This document shows positions 45,101 to 53,100 of a stretch of 64,000 bases of DNA, piece after piece. This stretch comes from Candidatus Omnitrophota bacterium (lineage in GTDB: Bacteria; Omnitrophota; Gorgyraeia; Zapsychrales; Zapsychraceae), in assembly GCA_015233405.1 (NCBI GenBank), contig JADFXT010000007.1, forward strand, positions 390 to 64,389, written 5' to 3'. Each line of letters opens with the position of its first letter. The stretch's first letter is position 1. The position numbers and the translations under genes are program-made. The notes beneath the pieces are model-generated. The model ran no database searches. It was given only the letters and a program-made list of their open reading frames with translations, and was not told the DNA's origin.

Positions 45101-48100
45101 CCTTGCGCAGTTTCTCTTAAATCATGTGACGCACATTACGCAAAAGGAATTTGAAGCGGCGCTTGAGAACATGGTCAATGATTTTAATAGCAAGTTAGGT
45201 GACAAGCCGTATGTTTTAATAATGCCGAGGGACAAAGGAGAGCGTAGTGAATCGTGGACATATCAGCTGGCTTTGGAAAAAGGGTTAAAACCTGCGCAAT
45301 ATATTATCAAGACAGATGGAGGCGTATTGTCTTATGACCAAAGAATTTTAAAAGATGTCAAAAATGTTGTCTTCATCGATGATGCTTTCTATTCGGGAAC
45401 ACAGGTGCTCAATGCGTCCCAGGCGTTGCTAAGTCATATAACGGTTTTCGATCCCCAAGATATTAATATTCATTTCCTCACGCCGTTTATGACATCTTTT
45501 GCTCAGAATAAGATCCTAACCAATCCCAAAGCTTTTGTTTATCAGCATCAGACAATGCCGACCATATCGGACATTCTTGCCTCTAATGCTGAGTATGAGA
45601 AATTATTTAAAACTCTCATTTATGAAAATATTGACCGTGGATATCCAGGCATAACGCTAACGTATTTCCAACATAAAGTGGCTGATTCCGTTTCAGTCCT
45701 CAGTTGGGTCTTTGGTGGCTATGTTTATGAACAAAAACGTAAAGTGAGCAATCAGACAATTCCCTTTATTCCCGGGACCTTTCCTCCTTATACAGAGGGT
45801 TATTTAAACATCATCAAGATGTATTCATCGAATGCCGTTAAAAACAATGCGGATGGGGCTATGACCACATCTTCGACGGAAGTTCAACGTCCGTTGAAGG
45901 ACAATCCGATCGATATGGAAAAAGCCAAGCAATGGGTCGAGGCGCATAAAGACCCGCATTTGCGTGACCTTGCGCAGTTCCTCTTAAGTCATGTCACGCA
46001 TGTCTCGCAAAAGGAATTCGAAGAAGCGCTCCAAGAAACCGTCGATGATTTTAATAGCAAGATAGGCGACAAACCGTATGTTTTGTTGCTCCCGCAGTGG
46101 AACGGGAATCGCAGTGAATGGTGGACGTATCAGCTGGCTCTGGAAAAAGGCTTAAAGCCGGCAAAGGATATTATTAAGATGGCTGCCCAAGGGGCTTCGT
46201 ATAACTCTTATCTAGCCATGGTTCAACAAATTCGGGACGCGGGAAAAGATGTTGTCCTTATTGACGATGCGGTGTATTCGGGAGTGCATATGTTAGATAT
46301 TGTCCAGCGTTTGTTCGGGGACACATGGGGCAATAACCCGGACAGTCGCGATTTGAATTTTCATTTCGTTGCGCCGTTTATGTCGACGAATATTGAAGAA
46401 AGAATTTTTGCAGATTCGAATCGTTCCGGGAACAGGAACGTGTATTTTTATAAACATCGTTTTATGCAGACATTGTCGGAGATTTTCCGTTCTGAGCCTG
46501 AGCGGCGGAAATGGTTTGAAATATTTTTTGGCATGATCGACTATTTTTATTCCTATAGGACGTTAACGTATTTTCAGCATAAAGTCCCGGATTTTCTTTC
46601 GATGTTTGATTGGATCACTCAGGGCAATATTTATGAAGAAAGACAAGGGGCTCTGGAACGGGATGCGGCCATTAAATTCATTCCTGAAACCATCCCGCCT
46701 TATGAGGAGGATTATTTAAAGAAAATAAAGTCTTCTTCATCGACGGATAAGGCGATGGCGGCGCAATCTGCCGTCCAGCGGCCGGTGGTGGATAATCCGA
46801 TTAATTGGAAGAAAGCCAATCAATGGGTCGCGGCGCAAGGAACGCAGGAACTTCGTGGTCTTGCGCAGTTTCTCTTAAATCATGTGACGCATGTCTCGCA
46901 AAAGGAATTCGAAGAAGCGCTGCAGGAAACCGTGAATGATTTTAATAGCAAGATAGGCGACAAACCCTATATCTTGCTTCTTCGAACAAGAAAAGGAATC
47001 CGCAGTGAATGGTGGACGTATCAGCTGGCTCTGGAAAAAGGCTTAAAGCCGGCAAAACATATTATTAAAGTCGGATTCCCCAGAATTGAAAATAAGCCTT
47101 CAGCTTGGTTAGAAAAATATTTTCAGGCCATTATTAAGCAAATGAAGGCAACAGGGATAAAGGATGTTGTCCGCATAGATGACGCGGTTTATTCGGGGCT
47201 CAATATGGAATCCGATATCCGAAATTTATTGTGGGCAGATAATATGAGAAATGATAATGATTCATTCTGGACGATAGATGAGTATCGTCAGGGTACGGAC
47301 GGGTTTAAGCTGCATTTCGTTGCGCCATTTATGTCCAGCGTTGGAGAAGACAAGCTCAAGGGATTAAATTCTCAGAAAGTGTCGATTTATCAGCATCGTT
47401 CTATGAAAACATTGCCGGAAATCTTTCATTTTGAGCCTGAACAAGAGAAAGTATTTAAAAAATTATTTGGCGGGATATATGCCGACGTAACACTGACTTA
47501 TTTTCAGCATAAAGTTCCTGACCATATTTCCACGCTCAATTTTGTTACGGAAGGGAATGTTCCTAAGAAAGAAAACGGGCACTTATTACGAGCAAGTCCT
47601 TCCATTCGTTTTATTGCTAAAACCATTCCTCCCTACGAGAAGAATTATTTAAAGCGAATAGCTTTCAAACGATTTAAAGAATCTTTGATTGGCATGTTTA
47701 AGCGTAAACATGATCGTGCCATGACGACGGTCCAGCGGCCGGTGGTCGATAATCCTATTGATGTTAAAAAAGCTAAAAAATGGGTCGAAGCGCAAGGGAC
47801 TCCGGAGCTACAGGATTTTGCTCGATTTTTATTGAATCATGTGACCCATATTTCACAGAAAGAATTTGAAGACGCCCTTCAGGAAGCTGTAAATGATTTT
47901 AATAACAAAATCGGCGATAAGCCGTATATTCTTCTTCTTCCGGCGGATAAAGAGGATCGCAGCGATGGATGGACGTATCGTTTAGCTTTGGAAAAGGGAT
48001 TAAAACCGCCGAAACATATCATTAGGGACAAAAGGAATTATTCATCTGTCATCCAAGAGATTCATGACACCGGCGTTAAAGATATTGTGGTCATGGATGA

Positions 48101-49757
48101 TGCTGTTTATACGGCGACACATATATTAGGGAGTGTGGAGCACACGTTTTCTTGGTATGGCAATAGTATTTATAAGGACTCAAATGATTTTCAGGTGCAC
48201 TTTGTTGCGCCGTTTATGTCCAAGGATATCGAGAAAAGAATTTTTTCACAGTTAAAGGATTATAACGTCGGACAAATATTTGTTCATCAGCATCGCGTTA
48301 TGGAGACTTTACCGGAGATTTTCCGTTCTGAGCCTAAATACAAGAGGATCTATGAGAGAATTTTTAACGAACTTGATTCTAGCGACTCTTATGTCACATT
48401 GACTTATTTTCAGCATAAAGTCCCTGATAACGTTTCAGCTCTGGGATACGTCATGGATGGGATTGTTTTTGAAAAAACGTTTCAACATGTCGTTCGTTCC
48501 ATTCAATTTATTCCTAAAACCATTCCTCCCTATGAAGAGAATTACTTAGAGCAAATAGCTTTCAAGCGATTAAAAGAATCTTTGATTCGCATGTTTAAGC
48601 GTAAGCATGATCGTGCCATGACGACGGTCCAGCGGCCGGTGGTGGACAATTCGATTGATCTGGTGAAAGCCGAACAGTGGGTTGCCGCGCACAAAGATCC
48701 ACGGATACGAGATCTTGCCCAATTCTTGCTTGATCATGTCAATCATGTGACGCAGAAAAAATTTGAAGAAGCATTGCAGGAAACCGTCGATGATTTTAAC
48801 GCCAAGATGGGCGACAAGCCGTATGTTTTGCTTGTTCCCTCATGGAGAGGAGACCGCAGCGAATGGTGGACCTATCAGCTGGCTTTAGAGAAAGGATTAA
48901 AACCGGCTAAAAATATTATCCGAATGGGAAAAACAGATTTGCGTGATGGGATGGATGTTTTGAAAGAATATTCTCAGGATATCCTTAAGCAAATCCGCGC
49001 CACAGGCGTTGTGGATATTGTTGTGATGGACGATGCCGTTTATACAGGACAACGGATATTAGAAAATCCAAGAATTTTATTACATGACAAGCATATTAAC
49101 CCACAGGAAACAAAGGATTTAAATTTCCATGTAGTTACGCCATTTATGTCTGTTGGCCTGGAAGAGAAGCTCACTCAGATGCGACAATCTTATTATGATG
49201 GAGGACAGATCTTTGTTTATAAACATCAAACTATGCCGACGATGGTAAGCATTTTCCAATCTGACCTGAAACGTAAAGCTTTGTTGGAAGAGTTTTTCCC
49301 TCATTTGGAAGAAGGTTTTCCGTATCTTACTCTGACCTATTTTCAGCATAAAGTTCCTGATGAGTTGTCGCTGTTTTATTGGGTTTTAAAAGGTAAGATT
49401 TATCAAAAAGATATTCATAAGGAAAGACCTTTGTGGATTCAGTTCATTCCTCCAACAGTCCCTCCTTATGAAGAAAATTATTTAGAAAAAATTAAGGCTG
49501 CTTCAGCGACGGATAAGGCGATGGCGACAACAAACGCGAAATATGGCGGTATTGATTTTAATCCTGAAAAAATGGATCTTCAGGTGAATGGGAGCGGTAA
49601 TGCCGAGTTGAAGGCCTTAAGCCCGGCCGCACTGGAGGAATTGAAGAATGCCCCGGGATTTACGCCGGTCATCATTAATATCAAGCCTGTGGACAGCCTG
49701 CCCGCGTTCTTGGGCCTGTCCCAAGCCCAGGTGGATGCTTCACTTTCAAAGATCTAA
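39150..49757 (+). CDS. Giant bracket-family protein 1 (3,535 aa): signal peptide, conserved N-domain, protein-kinase-like region, TM, large unknown region, GDPD-like domain, TM, 6 tandem PRTase-like modules, conserved C-terminal GGIDFN domain
   Basis: An uninterrupted 10.6-kb ORF with the signal peptide LIVLFIFIPQTLFA-QV. The kinase-like region has YFLKI, HLDVEFDGN and YDFGD (about 40509-41240). The GDPD-like region is GHRGAF..ENSLESF...GFELDVRL..NGVLIVVHP (about 42975-43600). There are six units beginning VQRP(L/V)(V/K)DNPI. The C-terminus is GGIDFNPEKMDLQV...GFTPVIINIKPVDSLPAFLGL. Confidence 0.85.
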   Translation: MFRGQGTTRSNILKTISLIVLFIFIPQTLFAQVVLSGGVTLPTPGTMVSLSQPFHPAVVKGLKVYPDNPLRFDFILDKGDAFSQYDPERPTGAQGLQLKKESEKLIKYFLASLTIPEKDLWVNLSPYEKDRIIPEAFGQTDMGRDLLAQDYILKQITSSLMYPESKLGKKFWDEIYKKSYELYGVTNVPVDTFNKVWIVPDKAVVYENQNRAFVVEAKLKVMLEEDYVAAQQTKDHRLQTIDQPSAEKRSVVSGLGSSVSDLTRSVILPAIEKEVNEGQQFAQLRQVYYSLILATWFKRNLRESIFGKAYVGKNKIAGVDIKDKEIKEKIYAQYLESFKKGAYNYIKEEYDPATKSVIPRKYFSGGFGFEKMDAAMTTTNNYSDLLKNTAGLVVIESKIDKTTANMSHAEAIKTRVVKDRDWPQEYLKGHVYVLIKKADFVLPVTETVDEAMTGIATKFVDGIGNLTVLRRLGDARHVVYVMREMSTNKTYFLKILPNELFAEEWLHYRLAKRLKVNIPRFFNVSPEFYQDMIGVPQSLRSPGTSRGIITSDVNEMGIDDLLEKQGSGLEAAFVFIQFSLHLDVEFDGNLNSVMPTIAGKQRFILYDFGDTFPSFWITNTPLRDTEYTKQNVKTRVSQKWELYKDRIDPQRLIEAIRQLISLTPDEVKEMALESGYSSDQIDLARFERRKKELIPEIITVLEEAQKDSAMMTWSVKSLAALGLTSLAAFSLFVSPVSGREHVSISKPAITMGIGAQRNVDLSGKVFNVTPAQYEDAYNMPPLWRSFSYPLGEEGRDLSSFKSLTLSVEGHGNVFIEFEDQGNPRQRASSPVYTVRDGKVVIDVEQLRINFPHVNFQKIREIIVNVGNRFYDIELNAPGADIKVTGTPQFSQENVSHFNPEQALSQLPTAQQIENQHSQQRQQLFESLTLPDGHLVQQSDALSHGFFGGRIQAVKELRDKVLNKASDRRDALTLLRHELFNPAQNTNLRAYIYYLLKDVLKAGLTFDEESLLENFLTRSYKVTDPIAVKFPYIKADQTKPDFYEFQLNGGRFDGNGYLYGVEGLPVPVEHMVERIVDGRTMERLAYWSILMNIDPLKMTFPIIYTESLLGAFPEKQFNIMCIHSPDINAQLSPQNIALRDRLLSQFSSNNPEDFLMNKIIVTGLILMQDGFNVHTNNGSLASRLQGYNGYGWLKIGDETVNMARDPRIGKRAALIGNSLDPKFKDIVNAVAKKIGYQVPRLPQNLKGYTVGIKNIVSLASVSGKQGDFAMTVSAPQMFGHRGAFDVSQGIFENSLESFRRAMVMGLDGFELDVRLNENGVLIVVHPKAASTVKTPTFQEVFDLVKNSKIQLQVHIQDMNSVNKVVEFIAQNKFEKRVTISSTNLDILKKVRSRNQTIATAFILKDLATTKLLLRDAQEAKITLLDLSLRDPRDILTKDVVDLIHSAGIKVNAGFKLLDEQTAQKMVGFGVDRIISESPETMKNLKDSLAKVDKAMLAGKMFRKFLWFFAVPFIFQMTTPAVVSAQNLNIKQANVTFSVPLTYKNGFSPDFSNSNFSVSVKTNIATANVWTTGFLKHFYGSAKLANNNFTVNEKTLAQIKVGLGLISDEGLGEATKEFAATGLKKFVGSVDRAIVTDSKAVQRPLVDNPIDPVKAKQWVAAQGASEIRDLAQFLLNHVTHVSQKEFETALQETVNDFNANMGDKPYILVFPSENEDRSIGWTYQLALEKGLKPAQHVIRLDQLDVAQQISKTGVHDIVLIDDAVYSGHQMLSHVRKLFKAMRKDSLDSSDFNFHFVTPFMSAHVEEKFFSQLRSFHYKAIFKALFKGSRRSEGRTVFYKHRSMPNLSQIFRSEPKREALFKQLVDMPKILYEFMTLTYFQHKVADGLSMVDWLSKGSVHTEFVIAGSVYKVKENEKNIKAIRFIPETIPPYEKNYLEKVQGTAGSEADRAMATASTTVQRPLVDNPIDVEKSKQWVAAQGTPELRDLAQFLLNHVTHITQKEFEAALENMVNDFNSKLGDKPYVLIMPRDKGERSESWTYQLALEKGLKPAQYIIKTDGGVLSYDQRILKDVKNVVFIDDAFYSGTQVLNASQALLSHITVFDPQDINIHFLTPFMTSFAQNKILTNPKAFVYQHQTMPTISDILASNAEYEKLFKTLIYENIDRGYPGITLTYFQHKVADSVSVLSWVFGGYVYEQKRKVSNQTIPFIPGTFPPYTEGYLNIIKMYSSNAVKNNADGAMTTSSTEVQRPLKDNPIDMEKAKQWVEAHKDPHLRDLAQFLLSHVTHVSQKEFEEALQETVDDFNSKIGDKPYVLLLPQWNGNRSEWWTYQLALEKGLKPAKDIIKMAAQGASYNSYLAMVQQIRDAGKDVVLIDDAVYSGVHMLDIVQRLFGDTWGNNPDSRDLNFHFVAPFMSTNIEERIFADSNRSGNRNVYFYKHRFMQTLSEIFRSEPERRKWFEIFFGMIDYFYSYRTLTYFQHKVPDFLSMFDWITQGNIYEERQGALERDAAIKFIPETIPPYEEDYLKKIKSSSSTDKAMAAQSAVQRPVVDNPINWKKANQWVAAQGTQELRGLAQFLLNHVTHVSQKEFEEALQETVNDFNSKIGDKPYILLLRTRKGIRSEWWTYQLALEKGLKPAKHIIKVGFPRIENKPSAWLEKYFQAIIKQMKATGIKDVVRIDDAVYSGLNMESDIRNLLWADNMRNDNDSFWTIDEYRQGTDGFKLHFVAPFMSSVGEDKLKGLNSQKVSIYQHRSMKTLPEIFHFEPEQEKVFKKLFGGIYADVTLTYFQHKVPDHISTLNFVTEGNVPKKENGHLLRASPSIRFIAKTIPPYEKNYLKRIAFKRFKESLIGMFKRKHDRAMTTVQRPVVDNPIDVKKAKKWVEAQGTPELQDFARFLLNHVTHISQKEFEDALQEAVNDFNNKIGDKPYILLLPADKEDRSDGWTYRLALEKGLKPPKHIIRDKRNYSSVIQEIHDTGVKDIVVMDDAVYTATHILGSVEHTFSWYGNSIYKDSNDFQVHFVAPFMSKDIEKRIFSQLKDYNVGQIFVHQHRVMETLPEIFRSEPKYKRIYERIFNELDSSDSYVTLTYFQHKVPDNVSALGYVMDGIVFEKTFQHVVRSIQFIPKTIPPYEENYLEQIAFKRLKESLIRMFKRKHDRAMTTVQRPVVDNSIDLVKAEQWVAAHKDPRIRDLAQFLLDHVNHVTQKKFEEALQETVDDFNAKMGDKPYVLLVPSWRGDRSEWWTYQLALEKGLKPAKNIIRMGKTDLRDGMDVLKEYSQDILKQIRATGVVDIVVMDDAVYTGQRILENPRILLHDKHINPQETKDLNFHVVTPFMSVGLEEKLTQMRQSYYDGGQIFVYKHQTMPTMVSIFQSDLKRKALLEEFFPHLEEGFPYLTLTYFQHKVPDELSLFYWVLKGKIYQKDIHKERPLWIQFIPPTVPPYEENYLEKIKAASATDKAMATTNAKYGGIDFNPEKMDLQVNGSGNAELKALSPAALEELKNAPGFTPVIINIKPVDSLPAFLGLSQAQVDASLSKI
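44064..49530 (+). repeat. Six tandem in-frame copies of the ~285-300-aa module in giant gene 1
   Basis: Module consensus: VQRPVVDNPID..KAKQWV.AQ...LRDLAQFLLNHVTHV(S/T)QKEFE.ALQETVNDFN.K(M/I)GDKPY(V/I)L.......RSEWWTYQLALEKGLKPA..II....(D/N)(V/I)V.(I/M)DDA(V/F)Y(S/T)G.....L(N/K).HF(V/L).PFM(S/T)......Y(K/Q)H(R/Q).M.T...I(F/L).....LT(L/Y)FQHKV(P/A)D.....FIP.T(I/F)PPY(E/T)..YL. (Some copies, such as the second, deviate at individual positions.). Confidence 0.9.
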
Positions 49758-49782
49758 TGGAAATAGCCCTACTTTAAGAATA

Positions 49783-49812
49783 TTGGTATTTTTTCTAATA
49801 AAATTATATACT
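49783..49812 (+). promoter_or_regulatory. Candidate promoter of the giant-gene-2 leader
   Basis: TTGGTA (49783-88), an 18-nt spacer and TATACT (49807-12), at the same spacing from the aptamer as in copy 1. Confidence 0.35.
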
Positions 49813-49824
49813 TATTATAGAAGT

Positions 49825-49916
49825 TAGTGAACCGAAACGGCAAACCCATCGTAAGGTGGGGACGCAAAGTTAAAGGGTCCAAAAGGAATAGGACAGCCTG
49901 ACTACCGAAGTCGCTG
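49825..49916 (+). promoter_or_regulatory. c-di-GMP-I (GEMM-I) riboswitch-like aptamer, copy 2
   Basis: The core GGCAAACCCAUCGUAAGGUGGGGACGCAAAG is identical to copy 1. Differences from copy 1 fall in loops or preserve pairing: GGAUAGCC becomes GGACAGCC, turning a G-U pair into G-C opposite GGGUCC. Confidence 0.75.
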
Positions 49917-49935
49917 AATGAGTAAAGAATTTTAA

Positions 49936-49975
49936 GCCTATTCCTAATGATGCACGGGAATAGGCATTTTTTTTT
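49936..49975 (+). terminator. Intrinsic terminator serving as the expression platform of riboswitch copy 2
   Basis: Perfect stem GCCTATTCC (49936-44) / GGAATAGGC (49957-65) followed by T9. The competing GGAATAGG lies in the aptamer at 49885-92. Confidence 0.7.
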
Positions 49976-50016
49976 GGGGAAGCTTATGAAGTAAAAGCGA
50001 TATAAAGAATGTTTTT

Positions 50017-50143
50017 GTCATCCCCGCAATTTTTAGGCGGGGATCCACAAGGGTTGAAGACATGGATTCCCGACCTGTCTGCCGACAGGCAGGTAGAAGA
50101 TTTCGGGAATGACAGCTGAAGATGAAGATCGCGGGAATGACAG
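50017..50143. repeat. Cluster of GC-rich REP-like hairpins in the leader of giant gene 2 (with a nested extra palindrome)
   Basis: The units are the same as at 38990-39097, but the loop of the second hairpin carries an additional ~20-nt palindromic insert, CCTGTCTGCCGACAGGCAGG (50073-50092). Confidence 0.7.
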
Positions 50144-50195
50144 CAGTGAAAAAAGGATTACCAGTAGTTTAAGGGTGGAAAAAAGGGGGCAATTG

Positions 50196-53100
50196 ATGTT
50201 TAGGGGGCAAGGCACAATAAGAAGTAATATATTAAAGACTATTAGTCTTATTCTCCTTTTTATTTTTATCCCTCAGACTTTATTCGCTCAAGTGGTTTTA
50301 TCCGGCGGGGTTACTCTGCCTGCGCCCGGCACGATGGTGTCTTTAAGCCAGCCGTTTCATCCCGCGGTAGTCAAAGGCCTGAAAGTTTATCCCGAGAATC
50401 CCCTAAAGTTTGATTTCATATTGGATAAAGGCGACGCCTTTAGCCAATATGACCCTGAGCGACCAACGGGAGCTCAAGGGTTACAACTGAAAAAAGAATC
50501 CGAGAAGCTCATTAAATATTTTCTCGCCTCCTTGACCATTCCCGAGAAAGACCTGTGGGTCAACTTATCTCCGTATGAAAAAGACCGCATTATCCCTGAG
50601 GCCTTTGGCCAGACGGACATGGGCCGGGATCTCTTGGCGCAGGATTATATCTTAAAACAGATCACGTCATCTTTGATGTATCCCGAGGACAAGTTGGGTA
50701 AGAAATTTTGGGATACGATTTACAAGAAGGCTTATGAGTTGTATGGAAGAACGGACATCCCGGTGGACACCTTTAATAAGGTCTGGATCGTTCCGGATAA
50801 GGCTGTGGTCTATGAAAACCCCGCGCCCAAAGTTGGTGAAGCGACAGCTTTCGTCGTAGAAGCAAAATTAAAGGTTATGTTGGAGGAGGACTATGTTGCT
50901 GCGCAACAGACTAAAGACCATAGACTCCAGACGATAGACCAGCCTTCGGCTGAAAAAAGGTCTGTGGTCTCTGGTCTAGGGTCTTCGGTCTCAGACCTGA
51001 CAAGGTCTGTTATTCTTCCCGCGATTGAAAAAGAAGTCAACGAAGGCCAGCAATTCGCCCAGCTACGGCAGGTTTATTATTCTTTGATCCTCGCTACCTG
51101 GTTTAAGCGAAACTTAAGAGAGAGTATTTTTGGAAAAGCCTATGTCGGCAAAAATAAAATCGCCGGCGTTGATATTCAAGATAAAGACGAGAAGCAAAAG
51201 ATTTATAACCAATACCTCGAGGCATTCAAGAAAGGCGCTTATAACTACATCAAAGAGCAGTACGACCCGTCGACGAAGACCATTGTCCCGCACAAATATT
51301 TTTCCGGCGGTTTTGGGTTTGAGGGCATGGATTCCGCGATGACAACCACAACGAATGCTGCTGATTTAGGCCCTCAACAAGGCCTTGTTGTCATTGAGAG
51401 CAATATCAAGAAAACAACAAAAGAAGGCTCCGAGATATCAGGCGTTCCAGAAGCGGGCGCGGCTATGGCGACGGCTCCGTCGGCCGTCCAGCGGCCGGTG
51501 GTGGATAATTCAATTGATCCTAAAAAAGCCGAACAGTGGGTCGAGGCACAAGAACCAGATTATCGTGACCTCGCTAGATTCTTACTGAATCATGTGACGC
51601 ATGTTAGCCAAGAGGAATTTGAGGCGGCACTTCAGGAAACCGTTAATGATTTTAACGCCAAGATGGGTGACAAACCATATGTTTTAGTGCTCTCGCGGCA
51701 AGGACGTAGTGAAGAGTGGACGTATCAACTCGCATTGGAAAAAGGATTAAGACCTGCAAAGCATATCATTAAATTAGCTAATGGCGTCATGCCAGATAGC
51801 GCGCGGACGCTTTTGCAGAAAATATCGGATGTCGTGTTCATGGATGATGCTGTTTATACGGCATCACTGCTGACATCAACAGTATCGGGCTTTGTGCAAA
51901 GCCTGCCTTGGGCGAAAGTGCGAAATCTTAATTGCCATCTTTTAATACCGTTTATGACTTCTTTTGGTGAACAGAGAATTTCTTCCCGGGATCTCAATAT
52001 CAAGCTTTATAAGCACCATTTAATGCCGACGCTGCCGGAAATTTTGCGTTCTGACGTTGGGCGGAATTGGGCACCAGAGTTTGAAAAGATTTTTCATGGT
52101 TCTGTGGATAAAACATTTTCTGGTATGACACTCACATATTTTCAGCATAAAATTCCAGATTTTATTTCCGCGCTTGCTTGGCTTTTTAACGGCGAAACAT
52201 TAAAAAAAGGATTGGTCGGGCCTAATTATTCAACTAATTGGGTTCGATTTATTCCTGAAACCATCCCGCCGTATGAGAAAGATTATTTAAAGAGAATCCA
52301 AGAGCTCCCGTCTGACGCGGCCATGGCGACGCAATCTGCCGTCCAGCGGCCGGTGGTTGACAATCCGATTGATATGGCTAAGGCGAAACAATGGGTCGAG
52401 GCGCAAGAACCAGATTATCGCGACCTCGCTCAATTCTTACTGAATCATGTGACGCATGTTAGCCAAGAGGAATTTGAGGCGACACTTCAGGAGGCTGTTA
52501 ATGATTTTAACGCCAAGATGGGCGATAAACCGTATATTTTAGTGTACTCGTGGAAAGGAAAAAAACGGAGTGAATGGTGGACGTATCAATTGGCTTTAGA
52601 AAAAGGATTAAAGCCGGCGAAGCATATCATCAATTCAGGCGGCGGCTTGTTATCAACAAGTGACCAGATGCTTTTGCAGGAAACGCCGGATGTTCTGTTC
52701 GTAGATGATGCGGTTTATTCCGGAACGCAGATGTCGATAACAGTAAACGGATTTTTTGGCGACATAACTTCACTAAACAAAGCAGGTCTTCGTTGCCATT
52801 TTCTTGTGCCATTTATAACTTCTTCGGGGCAGGAGAAAATTTCTTCCGTGGCGCTAAATTCTAAGTTTTATAAACACCGTTTGATGCCGATGCTGTTGGA
52901 AATTTTAAATTCTGACATTAGCCAGAAGCGGATATCAGAATTTGAGAAGATTTTTGGCCCTAAAAATATTCATGGAATGACGCTCACGTATTTTCAGCAT
53001 AAAGTTCCTGATTCGGTCTCTATGCTTTTGTGGATTTCCGGGGGGAATGTACTTACAAACTACAATCAAAATGCCATACGTACGGGAATGATTCGTTTTA

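Noticed and set aside
50109-50195. The ORF-track start of giant gene 2 at 50109 (MTAEDEDRGNDSSEKRITSSLRVEKRGQL...).
   Set aside because: The extra 29 codons translate the REP-like hairpins (CGGGAATGACAG repeats). They are absent from the colinear giant 1. The ATG at 50196 aligns exactly with the giant-1 start and follows a purine-rich SD-like tract.
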